This document shows positions 1 through 7,543 of a DNA stretch of 37,698 nt, piece by piece. The position numbers and the translations under genes are program-made. The notes below the pieces were generated by a model, which saw nothing but the letters and a program-made list of their open reading frames with translations, was not told the DNA's origin and made no database searches. Position 1 is the first letter of the stretch; the number at the start of each line of letters is the position of its first letter. Origin of the DNA: a virus; IMG/VR virus record IMGVR_UViG_3300045988_118522, positions 1 to 37,698 of that record; one strand, 5' to 3'.

Positions 1-99
1 ATTTTTTTTTTGATTCCTTCTTCTCTTTCTCGGCTTCCGCGAGCTCGACCAGGCTCTTGCCTGAAAGCAGCTTGATTGCCTTTGCGACTATGCGCCCGA
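1..99. repeat. Terminal direct overlap, copy 1 (circular closure artefact)
   Basis: Reads identically to 37600..37698 (a + T10 + gattccttcttctc...gcgcccga). Confidence 0.95.
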
Positions 100-361
100 A
101 TTCCTCCTGATGCTCTGTCGCCCAGGCGTGGAAGTCGATTCGCTTGTATTCGAAGTCGTCAGCATCCTTGCCGGACAACTCCCACCAGTTCAGTGCTCCG
201 CAAAAGAGCACATCCGCGTAGAGCGCCATGACGGCGGGGATGCTCTCCCCGTCAGCCTCGAGTGTGACACCCTCACGCCCTTTGTATATGAAAAGGCGCG
301 GCGTAATCAAGATGTTCACCGCCACGCCTTCCCTGATTTCAATTTTGAACTCCGCCGTCAT
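1..361 (-). CDS. Tail assembly chaperone, gpG-like (N-terminal part; the ORF crosses the circular junction and stops at 37511, 149 aa in total)
   Basis: ATG at 361, 4 nt after the major tail stop. Hand translation gives MTAEFKIEIREGV...KEKKESKKKFRFGS... It lies between the major tail protein and the tape measure. Confidence 0.75.
   Translation of the reverse strand, partial: MTAEFKIEIREGVAVNILITPRLFIYKGREGVTLEADGESIPAVMALYADVLFCGALNWWELSGKDADDFEYKRIDFHAWATEHQEEFGRIVAKAIKLLSGKSLVELAEAEKEKKESKKK
2..11 (-). promoter_or_regulatory. A10 slippery tract for a -1 programmed ribosomal frameshift (G to G-T fusion); duplicated at 37601..37610
   Basis: The zero frame reads GAA TCA AAA AAA AAA TTT. The -1 frame stays open from this tract to the stop at 37254. 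Confidence 0.65.
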
Positions 362-364
362 TCG

Positions 365-811
365 CTATTCTTTTGTAATTGTTGGATAATGAGTTGGTTC
401 TCCTGTGACCGTCAGGTCTATTGAGCGAGACGCGACAGATCCATAGTCGCTGGTGTCGGAGATTCCGGTAATGATAGCCTCAAACATATCCCCCTCGGTA
501 GGTGTCTTGCTGCCGGTATCTCCTGAAAGTTCGCCTATGAATGCGTAAATAGATTGGCCATTGTGAAGCGAACTGATAATTTCATGTTGAGGCTCGCTTG
601 CCGTGTCATCAGTGAAGACAGTCACCGATGCGGTCGCGCCCTTTTTGCCTGAAATAAACTGTGCCCAGTCGTTTGACTTGTCGCTCACCTCGATAGCCTC
701 AGCTGATCGATTGAAGCCGTTGTTCTGCTCGCCCTTCAGCCAGGTGAAGGGTCCAGCAGCAGTTTTGCTTGTCGTGAGGTAGAACTTCCTCACATTACCT
801 AATTTTGGCAT
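365..811 (-). CDS. Major tail protein
   Basis: 148 aa with a TP901-1/phi13-like tail tube composition. It sits directly upstream of the chaperone pair and tape measure. Confidence 0.7.
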   Translation of the reverse strand: MPKLGNVRKFYLTTSKTAAGPFTWLKGEQNNGFNRSAEAIEVSDKSNDWAQFISGKKGATASVTVFTDDTASEPQHEIISSLHNGQSIYAFIGELSGDTGSKTPTEGDMFEAIITGISDTSDYGSVASRSIDLTVTGEPTHYPTITKE

Positions 812-812
812 G

Positions 813-1208
813 TTACTTTTTTGTTAGATAAAATGTTAAATTATTAGTCACCCTGTAGAAGACCACCTGCGTGTCAGACATGTCCTCTCTTGCCGTCGTA
901 TTGCCTTCCGTAACTCCCAGAATCTGATAACTCGAAGTAGAATCATCAGCGTCCTTAATCCTGTCAAGGTTGTTCTGATTAATCTCGAAGGCCTCGCCGA
1001 GCCCCTTGTTGGACATCGAGTCAATCGTCACGAGGACCTGCCGCACTTCGCCGCCCTTGTCAAGGACGCTCTGCTCGTTGACAGAGACGATTTCGGCACG
1101 TGGATAACCTGCCGAACCTCCGACGATGACGCCGGACCTTCGCATTGCTTGCATCAGATGCTGAAATAACTCGTCACATGCTTGTGTATGATTGTCAATC
1201 TCTATCAT
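813..1208 (-). CDS. Tail terminator / neck protein (called by position)
   Basis: 131 aa, located between the HK97 gp10-like protein and the major tail protein, which is the conserved siphovirus order. Confidence 0.5.
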   Translation of the reverse strand: MIEIDNHTQACDELFQHLMQAMRRSGVIVGGSAGYPRAEIVSVNEQSVLDKGGEVRQVLVTIDSMSNKGLGEAFEINQNNLDRIKDADDSTSSYQILGVTEGNTTAREDMSDTQVVFYRVTNNLTFYLTKK

Positions 1209-1732
1209 TTGCCTTTTTTGATTATACGTTTAGCCGCATTCTGCAGCTCATCGAGTATTGCCTTCTTTTGCGATTCGACCGCAGGTGCGAAATAAGGTTG
1301 TGCCTTTGTTCCTTTCTTCGCAATCTTCATCGCGATTGCGAAGGCAATCCGCTCAGCGTCTTTCTCCTTCCGCACCCGGAGCTTTTTCCGCACCCAGGCC
1401 GTCAGGATTTTCGGAGGAGGCATGCCGCCGCTCTTCCTGCCATATTCGACATACTCCGCGTAGCCCTTGCCTTCCTGAGCGAAGAACCCCGCCTCATACT
1501 CGCCGTCTGAGAGCTTCTCTGCCCTTCCGCTGTTGCTCAGCAGCCCCGTCGTGTTCGTGCCGTTGTCCCTCAGGTTCCTCTGAGCTTCCGCCACAATCTT
1601 CATCGAGCCTCTTGACAGCGCCTCGTCACATGCCTTCTGCATCATCCGGTTGTTCGCTTCAAACGCCCGCTTGAGTTCGTCGAAGTTCTCGACTATGAAG
1701 CCATCTACCTGCATACTTTCAAGGATTGTCAA
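1205..1732 (-). CDS. HK97 gp10-family head-tail joining / tail completion protein
   Basis: 175 aa with gp10-like motifs (TGLLSNSG..., AQPYFAPA). Its start overlaps the neighbouring gene's stop. Confidence 0.75.
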   Translation of the reverse strand: MTILESMQVDGFIVENFDELKRAFEANNRMMQKACDEALSRGSMKIVAEAQRNLRDNGTNTTGLLSNSGRAEKLSDGEYEAGFFAQEGKGYAEYVEYGRKSGGMPPPKILTAWVRKKLRVRKEKDAERIAFAIAMKIAKKGTKAQPYFAPAVESQKKAILDELQNAAKRIIKKGK

Positions 1733-2057
1733 TCTGATAATAACCTGAAATTCGCATGATCCTGTTGCGGTTGCCTACATTCTCCGGGCTTGCGAAAGCA
1801 ATGTCATGCCCTTGCCATCTGATGCAGTTGAACGCGGCTGGCGTCCAGCGCATCTCTATGTCGACTCCGACAATGTTTGCCTGCTGGAATGTCAGCATCG
1901 CCTTCGAGGAACTCATCTGCGTAACGGAAGCAAAAGCCTTCAGGACCACTTTCGGTTCTCCGAGGCTCGCATGTCCGTAGCCGTCAGTCTGAGGCTCCCT
2001 GAACATCAACTCTACAGGTTGCGAGTATCGCCTCGCATTGCGCGGTTCCCTCAGCAT
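1719..2057 (-). CDS. Head closure / head-tail adaptor protein
   Basis: 112 aa with the Phage_H_T_join-like pattern (short beta-rich protein ending ...RIMRISGYYQIDNP). Position agrees. Confidence 0.65.
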   Translation of the reverse strand: MLREPRNARRYSQPVELMFREPQTDGYGHASLGEPKVVLKAFASVTQMSSSKAMLTFQQANIVGVDIEMRWTPAAFNCIRWQGHDIAFASPENVGNRNRIMRISGYYQIDNP

Positions 2058-2506
2058 TGTGCAAGAACTTTGACGAGTTCATCCGTCTGCCCGTCATAGA
2101 GTGCCGTGGCATATTGGAACACAAGCGGCAAAAGCCGCCCATATTCGGCTTCTTTCGGCGCGGTGGCATAGTTTATCACCAGTGACGGGTAAACTCCCGC
2201 TGTGCGCACGTTCCGCCCGTCTATGGTGTAATCTACGTCTGTCCCGTCAGCAGCCTTCACGGACAACACCTCCGACGGCGTCTGGTACAATCTGACTTCG
2301 CTATCAGTGTTGTTCTCGATTCTAAGCTCGAATTGACACGGCAGGACGCTCACGTCCGCGTGCGCCTGGACCTCAAGCGCCGCAGTCGTAAGCATGTGCT
2401 GCAGGATAGCATCCTGCGAATCGTCAACTGCTCCCACGTATCGTTTGAGCACGGGGAGCAGATATGACCGCTTGTCGTCTATGATTCTGATGACAGATAA
2501 ACTCAT
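2051..2506 (-). CDS. Head-tail connector (gp6-like)
   Basis: 151 aa, the first gene after the capsid module. It overlaps the next gene by 7 nt. Confidence 0.55.
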   Translation of the reverse strand: MSLSVIRIIDDKRSYLLPVLKRYVGAVDDSQDAILQHMLTTAALEVQAHADVSVLPCQFELRIENNTDSEVRLYQTPSEVLSVKAADGTDVDYTIDGRNVRTAGVYPSLVINYATAPKEAEYGRLLPLVFQYATALYDGQTDELVKVLAQC

Positions 2507-2512
2507 GATTGC

Positions 2513-2692
2513 TTACTGAATGACTTTCCAAAATCCTTCCTTGAGCATGTATCTCACTGCCTCGCTCACGATCACCTTGCGCCTTTCCCCGGCGGGGATG
2601 CCGTCGTGCGGCTTCACCACCTCACACACGACGACTTCGCCGATTTTTGGCGCACGGGATGCACGCTCGGGCTTACGCATCTCAGCCGGCAT
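2513..2692 (-). CDS. Small hypothetical protein (59 aa) between capsid and connector genes
   Basis: Hand-translated as MPAEMRKPERASRAPKIGEVVVCEVV...FWKVIQ*. It is below the ORF-track cutoff and on the same strand as its neighbours. Confidence 0.45.
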   Translation of the reverse strand: MPAEMRKPERASRAPKIGEVVVCEVVKPHDGIPAGERRKVIVSEAVRYMLKEGFWKVIQ

Positions 2693-2695
2693 GGT

Positions 2696-3913
2696 TTACG
2701 CCGCCGGTGCAAGCGCTGCTATCGCGGTGGTTGTGTTAGCAACGTAGATGACGCCCTTCTTCTCTGAGGTAGGAACCTGAATCTGGAAGGACTTCCTTAG
2801 CCAAACTCTCCATCCGTCCTTTCCTGCCAGTCTCTCGAGCTCCATCTCGTATTCCCCCTTGTCGATGATTGCAACGCATGACGTATCAGCGACGACGATC
2901 TCGGTTGCTGAGAGCTGGTCGGTGAGGACAATCTTCACCTGTCCGAGCATTCCGGTAATCTGATTGAAGAGGTAGTTTCCGTTCTTGTCCTTCAGTCCTC
3001 TGATCTGAGCCTCGATGGCTGTCGGAACGATGGCAACATTCGGAGAGAAGCCGCTGGCCTTTGCCTGAGCGATGGCGTCGAGGATGACGTCCGCGATGTT
3101 CGCATTCTCGTACTTCGCGCCGGTAGCCGCGTATGCTGTGCTGCCGGAAGTCTTGAGGCCATAGACGTGATTCGGCTTCGTAGTGTCAGCGCCGTCACCG
3201 CTCCAGATGAGATTGTCCGCCTTGCGGAGAACACGAGCGATACCGCGAGTTCTTGCCCACTGGTAAACGGCATTGAACCAGTCCTCGATTTCCTGAGAGA
3301 CCTCGATGAATGTCGCAACTTTCGCGAAACGTCTTGTCTTGCCGGCGAGCTCATAAGTATTGCCCGTCTTCGGCTCCTCAAGTTCACCTACATAACCGGT
3401 GTTGTCGGTGTCTGAACCTTCAAGCCATTCTATTGAGTTTCCGGTCCTGGTGATGTGCGGGAATGTCGAAAGGAAGGCGTTTGCCGCGAGCCTCTCTGCA
3501 TAGATGTTCTGGTCCAGCTGCACGCCGAGCGAGCTGTTGGTGATGTTCGATGTCGCAAACTTGAATGACGCCGTGCCGTAGGTTTTGCTTTCGATGAACT
3601 TCACCATCGCGTCCTTGTTCTCCTCCATGAATTCGCGGAGAACGATGTCGAAGGACTTTCCATTCTTTTCTTTTAGTTTCTTGCTCAGTTCTTCGATAGC
3701 CTTCTGCTGCGCCTGGACAGTCTTGTCAAGGTTCTCCCCCTCTTTCTTCCTCTCCTCCAGCGCCTCTTCGGCCTTTGTCAGTTTAGAGGCGGCTGAAGAG
3801 GCCACCTCTTTCGCGGCCTTCGCCTCCTTTGCGGCCTCCTCGGCCTTCTTTTCTGCATCCTCCATTTTTTTCTGGAGATCAAGAGCCTTCTGCTCTAATG
3901 TTAATTCTGGCAT
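2696..3913 (-). CDS. Major capsid protein, HK97 family, with N-terminal coiled-coil delta/scaffold domain
   Basis: HK97-like core follows a Lys/Glu/Ala-rich N-terminus. The start is set at MPELTLEQ (3913) because the longer ORF would overlap the protease gene. Confidence 0.9.
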   Translation of the reverse strand: MPELTLEQKALDLQKKMEDAEKKAEEAAKEAKAAKEVASSAASKLTKAEEALEERKKEGENLDKTVQAQQKAIEELSKKLKEKNGKSFDIVLREFMEENKDAMVKFIESKTYGTASFKFATSNITNSSLGVQLDQNIYAERLAANAFLSTFPHITRTGNSIEWLEGSDTDNTGYVGELEEPKTGNTYELAGKTRRFAKVATFIEVSQEIEDWFNAVYQWARTRGIARVLRKADNLIWSGDGADTTKPNHVYGLKTSGSTAYAATGAKYENANIADVILDAIAQAKASGFSPNVAIVPTAIEAQIRGLKDKNGNYLFNQITGMLGQVKIVLTDQLSATEIVVADTSCVAIIDKGEYEMELERLAGKDGWRVWLRKSFQIQVPTSEKKGVIYVANTTTAIAALAPAA

Positions 3914-3918
3914 AGTAA

Positions 3919-4500
3919 TTAAAGTTTTGTGATGATCCTTTTTGCGATTTCTTCCTTGACGGCACACTGAAGGCTTACGAGCTGGGAGTCAGACATTGCA
4001 GACAGCTGCCCGGCCATATCCTCGGCCTTCATGTCGGTCAGGGTTGCGAGCGGGTTTGCCGCCCTGGTGACCGGCGAGACTTCGACGATGCTGATTTCCT
4101 CGAGATAGCGCACCTCGTTGCCGTCAACCTTGCCGTATGTCCAGGATTCGGCATAGTAGCCGATTGAGAACTCCTTTATTGCGCCTGCCTGCATCAGAAT
4201 CTGAACGTCCTTGCCCTGCTGGGTAGGAAGGATGTCGGCTTCTATCCAGAGCCCCTTGTCGTCAACGCCCTTTGCGGTGATTACGCCGATGACGTTGTGA
4301 ATGTCATGCTGATAGCAGAGTGCGCAGCGGCTACTGTCGTCAGAAAGCAGCCACTTGTCGCAAGCGCCCGTCTTGATTATGTCCCCGTAGCTGTCGATGT
4401 TTCCGAAGGCTAGGGCATAGGCGCGAATTGACAATGCGCCGTCGTCCTTCTCCTTCTTTACCTCGATGCTGCCGGAGTGGTTTTTGAATTGAATTTCCAT
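3919..4500 (-). CDS. Prohead maturation protease, HK97 family (S78/U35)
   Basis: Motifs YALAFGNIDSYGDII, H...SIGY and a C-terminal helix. It is immediately upstream of the capsid gene. Confidence 0.9.
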   Translation of the reverse strand: MEIQFKNHSGSIEVKKEKDDGALSIRAYALAFGNIDSYGDIIKTGACDKWLLSDDSSRCALCYQHDIHNVIGVITAKGVDDKGLWIEADILPTQQGKDVQILMQAGAIKEFSIGYYAESWTYGKVDGNEVRYLEEISIVEVSPVTRAANPLATLTDMKAEDMAGQLSAMSDSQLVSLQCAVKEEIAKRIITKL

Positions 4501-4581
4501 TTTGCGATAACGTTACGCGATGAAATTAATTCAATGAAAGGCAAAGACTTAAACAGGCATATATACACGTTTATGTTTAAC

Positions 4582-4618
4582 AAAAAGGGGAGCCCCGAGC
4601 TGTGAACTCGAGACTCCC
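4582..4618 (-). terminator. Rho-independent terminator between the MuF-like gene and the protease gene
   Basis: On the minus strand, GGGAGTCTCGAG-ttcacag-CTCGGGGCTCCC forms a stem of about 12 bp and is followed by TTTTT. Confidence 0.6.
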
Positions 4619-4661
4619 GCAACAAACAAAAAAAACACAAAAACTGATTATGGAAGTTGAA

Positions 4662-5435
4662 TTATGTAGGTCTTCTGATTGCGGTGCAGGCGCAGTTGAT
4701 TATCTCTCCAGCCTCTGCACCGAGGCTGATGTCATGCGGATATAGGAGATAGCTCCTTCCGACCTTGAAAGGCTCCTCCTGCCCGACTATCGTGCCGTCA
4801 ACCTCAATGTGCGTCTCGCGCGTGTTGCCCAGGCCGCTGATGCTCCACTGCTTCGTGAACTTCACATCCAGTGTCCGCGCAGCCATGTCGCCGGCCTTCC
4901 CGAGACCTATCATCGTTTCAGTCTGAATGATTCGCCGGACCTGCCACAGCTCAAGTTCCTTGTAGCCGGCGAACACGTCGAGCGTGAGCTTCTCGATTCC
5001 CGTCACCTCGTCAGCCATCTTTGCCTGAAGGATTTTCACGAGGTCATCCTTGAGCGTCCCGGTAACGGAGACAATCATGTCTCCTACCCTTTCATTCGCA
5101 TATTGTTCGATTCCGCTCAGCCACATGCTCTCCAGCACCTCGCTGACCTCTGCCTTCGCCTTGTTCATGTCGCGCACGACGCTCTTTGCGTGCGGTAGTC
5201 CTACCGCCTTGAGAAGGCCGCTCTCGATAGTCTGAAGGTAGGGTTCCGCAAGGCTGCTATCTATCACGCCCGCCCATTCAGCAGGATCGTAATCCCTGCA
5301 CAGGCTGAGGACCCTCCTCACCTCTGCACGGCGGAAGCGCCGCAACCGCGCCTCGTAAATCTTTGCGGCCTTCAGCGCCTTCAGACGGAGATAGTCCTGA
5401 TGTCTCCGTACCGCCGGATCTATCCGCCTACGCAT
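4662..5435 (-). CDS. Head morphogenesis protein, SPP1 gp7 / Mu F-like
   Basis: Motifs RIIQTET and NTRETHIEVDG. It overlaps the portal gene stop. Confidence 0.85.
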   Translation of the reverse strand: MRRRIDPAVRRHQDYLRLKALKAAKIYEARLRRFRRAEVRRVLSLCRDYDPAEWAGVIDSSLAEPYLQTIESGLLKAVGLPHAKSVVRDMNKAKAEVSEVLESMWLSGIEQYANERVGDMIVSVTGTLKDDLVKILQAKMADEVTGIEKLTLDVFAGYKELELWQVRRIIQTETMIGLGKAGDMAARTLDVKFTKQWSISGLGNTRETHIEVDGTIVGQEEPFKVGRSYLLYPHDISLGAEAGEIINCACTAIRRPT

Positions 5436-6705
5436 TGCCGAGCTCGTTTATGTCAATGCCGCTCTCGTTGCCGAACTGGACCCCGAGCGGAATCATGGGC
5501 TGGTCCGCCCAGGCTTCCGCGATTGGCTCGTAGCCCATCACCTCGCGCTTCTCGTTCACCGAGGCGTTCATCTTGTCGAGCGCGTCAAGCGCATCCGCCG
5601 GCTTCTCCTGCAGCACGTCTATCCTCTGAGTGTCCACCTCGAGCGAGAACTCCTGCGACAGGCCGCAGTAATTGAGCAGGTCTTCTGCAAACTCATTCGC
5701 CATCGGTACGGCATTCATCTCGAAGATGGTCTTCTTTGCCTCTTTCGCATTCTCATACTTGCTCTGTCCGTAGTAGAGGTCAACCGGCAGATTGTACGCG
5801 AAACAGACCGCCGTCACGGCTTCCTTGTGGCTTTCGAGGATGTTCAAGTCCACAGGCGCATTTCCGAGCGTCTTCACGTCGATAGGGAAGCGGAGGACCT
5901 TTGTCTTGCCGATGTTCTTCTGAGCGTTGAACTCCCGCTCGAGCTCGTCACCCTCTGCAGGGCGCGTGATGCCCGTGAGCTTGTCCTGCGGAGGTGTCAC
6001 TATGTTGGTCACACCTCCGTTCTTGAGAGCCGTGTCTTCACGCAGAATGCCGCTCTGCATCATCGAAAGATACATGGCAGCAGAGGCAAGCCTCGACGTT
6101 CCGAAGGCGCTCTGGTCGTCAAGGTTGTAGTCGAAACTCTCGAACACGTCAGAGAAGCGGATGGTCGTGTCGCCGGCCAGCCCCTGGAGCCTCACGCCTT
6201 CCAGAACCGAGCCTTCACCCCATTGTGCGCCTATGCGCCACGAAGGGATGACGTACATTTCCTTGATCTCGCCGAGGTTGCGGCCTACAGCCTTCGGGGC
6301 ATACACCCATGCGTCGCCGTACAGCAGTTTGTTCACCGCCCACGCCGTGCCGAATTTGCGAAGCGTGAAGCGGTCGTTAGGCCGCGCCAGCAGGTCCACG
6401 AGCCAATGTTTCTGCACCGGCGTGTCGTCGGATTTGCGAGTCAGAAGCAGATACTGCATGACCTCTCCGACATTGCGCGCTATGTAGTTCACAACTCCCT
6501 GAACCGGGGCGCTCTGCCTGTAGTATCGCTGAATCTCCATCCGGTCCAGCTCCTTGAACGGAGGCAGCTCGAGCCCTTTCGTGCAGCCCGCTATCGCTGA
6601 CAGATACACGTTGCCGGAGTTGTTGCTCCTGTCGTCATAGAAGCCTTTTATTTCGCTTCTGAGCGCTTGAATTTCCTTTGTTGATATGAGACTGAGACCG
6701 AACAT
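5428..6705 (-). CDS. Portal protein (HK97-family type)
   Basis: 425 aa, portal-like, positioned between the terminase and MuF/protease genes. Confidence 0.85.
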   Translation of the reverse strand: MFGLSLISTKEIQALRSEIKGFYDDRSNNSGNVYLSAIAGCTKGLELPPFKELDRMEIQRYYRQSAPVQGVVNYIARNVGEVMQYLLLTRKSDDTPVQKHWLVDLLARPNDRFTLRKFGTAWAVNKLLYGDAWVYAPKAVGRNLGEIKEMYVIPSWRIGAQWGEGSVLEGVRLQGLAGDTTIRFSDVFESFDYNLDDQSAFGTSRLASAAMYLSMMQSGILREDTALKNGGVTNIVTPPQDKLTGITRPAEGDELEREFNAQKNIGKTKVLRFPIDVKTLGNAPVDLNILESHKEAVTAVCFAYNLPVDLYYGQSKYENAKEAKKTIFEMNAVPMANEFAEDLLNYCGLSQEFSLEVDTQRIDVLQEKPADALDALDKMNASVNEKREVMGYEPIAEAWADQPMIPLGVQFGNESGIDINELGNA

Positions 6706-6726
6706 ATAATTTCAATTTTGCCCCAA

Positions 6727-6745
6727 AATAGCCCCGGTGGGGCTA
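6727..6745 (-). other. Perfect 8-bp hairpin followed by a T-run about 20 nt upstream of the portal start
   Basis: ATAGCCCC-ggt-GGGGCTAT; on the minus strand it is followed by TTTGGGG. Its role (terminator or RNA-stability element) is unknown. Confidence 0.4.
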
Positions 6746-6860
6746 TTGTCATATTTTTGCATATATTCATCTTTGTGCTCCTTGCTTTTAATGGAACGGA
6801 ATCAGTTGCATTTTTTCTTGAATATTTTTCTTTTTTTCTTGCATAATAAACATAAGTTTA

Positions 6861-6868
6861 TTATCTTT
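6861..6868 (+). promoter_or_regulatory. Candidate Bacteroidota-type -7 promoter box for the plus-strand island
   Basis: TATCTTTG matches TAnnTTTG and lies 22 nt upstream of the ATG at 6890. Confidence 0.45.
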
Positions 6869-6889
6869 GTATTGTTAAAAAGAAAAGGC

Positions 6890-7045
6890 AATGAAAAGAA
6901 AAACAAAAGAAAGAATCAAACTCGAGAAAGAGTTGCTCTTTTACTTAGAGCTCTACGGAGAGATCCGAGGTCGCAATGAAACACAAAGGTTTTTGGCTGA
7001 GTTGGATTTCAAAATTGACGAACTGGTAGAAGTGCTGAAACATTA
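6890..7045 (+). CDS. Small hypothetical protein (51 aa)
   Basis: Hand-translated as MKRKTKERIKLEKELLFYLELYGEIRGRNETQRFLAELDFKIDELVEVLKH*. It is followed by a CCCCACC-gcaa-GGTGGGG hairpin at 7051..7068. Confidence 0.5.
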
Positions 7046-7085
7046 ACAAATCCCCACCGCAAGGTGGGGGACAAAACTTAAATAT

Positions 7086-7475
7086 ATGATAGATAAAACT
7101 TATATGGACGACCTGAAGAACAGGTTTGTCAATGCTAAGACTGAGAGCGAACGGGAGCGTGTCAGAGCAGAGATGAGCGCGGCCTGCGCAGAGGACCCGA
7201 AAGCAGTAGGCGAAGTCATGTCTGTGCAACTTGATGAGACTATTGCAGAGGCGAAGGACATGACCATCCGCGAGAAACTCGCAAACGTGCTCCCCGCTGT
7301 TTCGATGTCTTATGTTGCAAAGAAATACTTTGGCAAGTCTCGTTCGTGGCTTTGTCAGAGAATTAACGGGCTTGCAGTCAACGGAAAGAAAGCGATGTTT
7401 ACGGAGTCTGAGAAAGATACGCTTAAATACGCTCTGAAAGATATAGCAGGCTCACTATTGAACGTCCGCCTGTAA
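7086..7475 (+). CDS. DUF5053-like protein (Bacteroides-associated HTH-like C-terminal domain)
   Basis: The C-terminal stretch MSYVAKKYFGKSRSWLCQRINGLAVNGKKAMFTESEKDTLKYALKDIA resembles the DUF5053 pattern as I recall it. Confidence 0.55.
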   Translation: MIDKTYMDDLKNRFVNAKTESERERVRAEMSAACAEDPKAVGEVMSVQLDETIAEAKDMTIREKLANVLPAVSMSYVAKKYFGKSRSWLCQRINGLAVNGKKAMFTESEKDTLKYALKDIAGSLLNVRL

Positions 7476-7516
7476 GGCTGGGTGGGCGCCTTTTCTTTTT
7501 AACAGCTTAGCCTTGT

Positions 7517-7543
7517 GCCCTGCTCCTCGGAGTGGGGCTTTTA
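7517..7543 (+). terminator. Hairpin plus T-run between the convergent DUF5053-like and terL genes
   Basis: GCCCTGCTC-ctcg-GAGTGGGGC (9 bp, two of them G-U pairs), followed by TTTTATT. Confidence 0.5.

Noticed and set aside
110-424. 104-aa plus-strand ORF at the start of the window.
   Set aside because: It is antisense to the gpG-like chaperone, which a linear gene caller misses because that gene crosses the junction.
3914-3967. N-terminal extensions of the capsid ORF (MCRQGRNRKK...), the integrase ORF (25092..25121), the tail fibre ORF (32950..32988) and others.
   Set aside because: The longer starts overlap the upstream gene or promoter elements. The internal Met gives the canonical N-terminus and tight gene packing.
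5827-6600. 257-aa plus-strand ORF.
   Set aside because: It is antisense to the portal gene and has an Arg/His-rich composition typical of shadow ORFs.
6737-6979. 80-aa plus-strand ORF in the terL-portal intergenic region.
   Set aside because: It is made of low-complexity AT-rich sequence and runs through the candidate promoter. The overlapping 51-aa frame (6890..7045) has a better start context and protein-like sequence.
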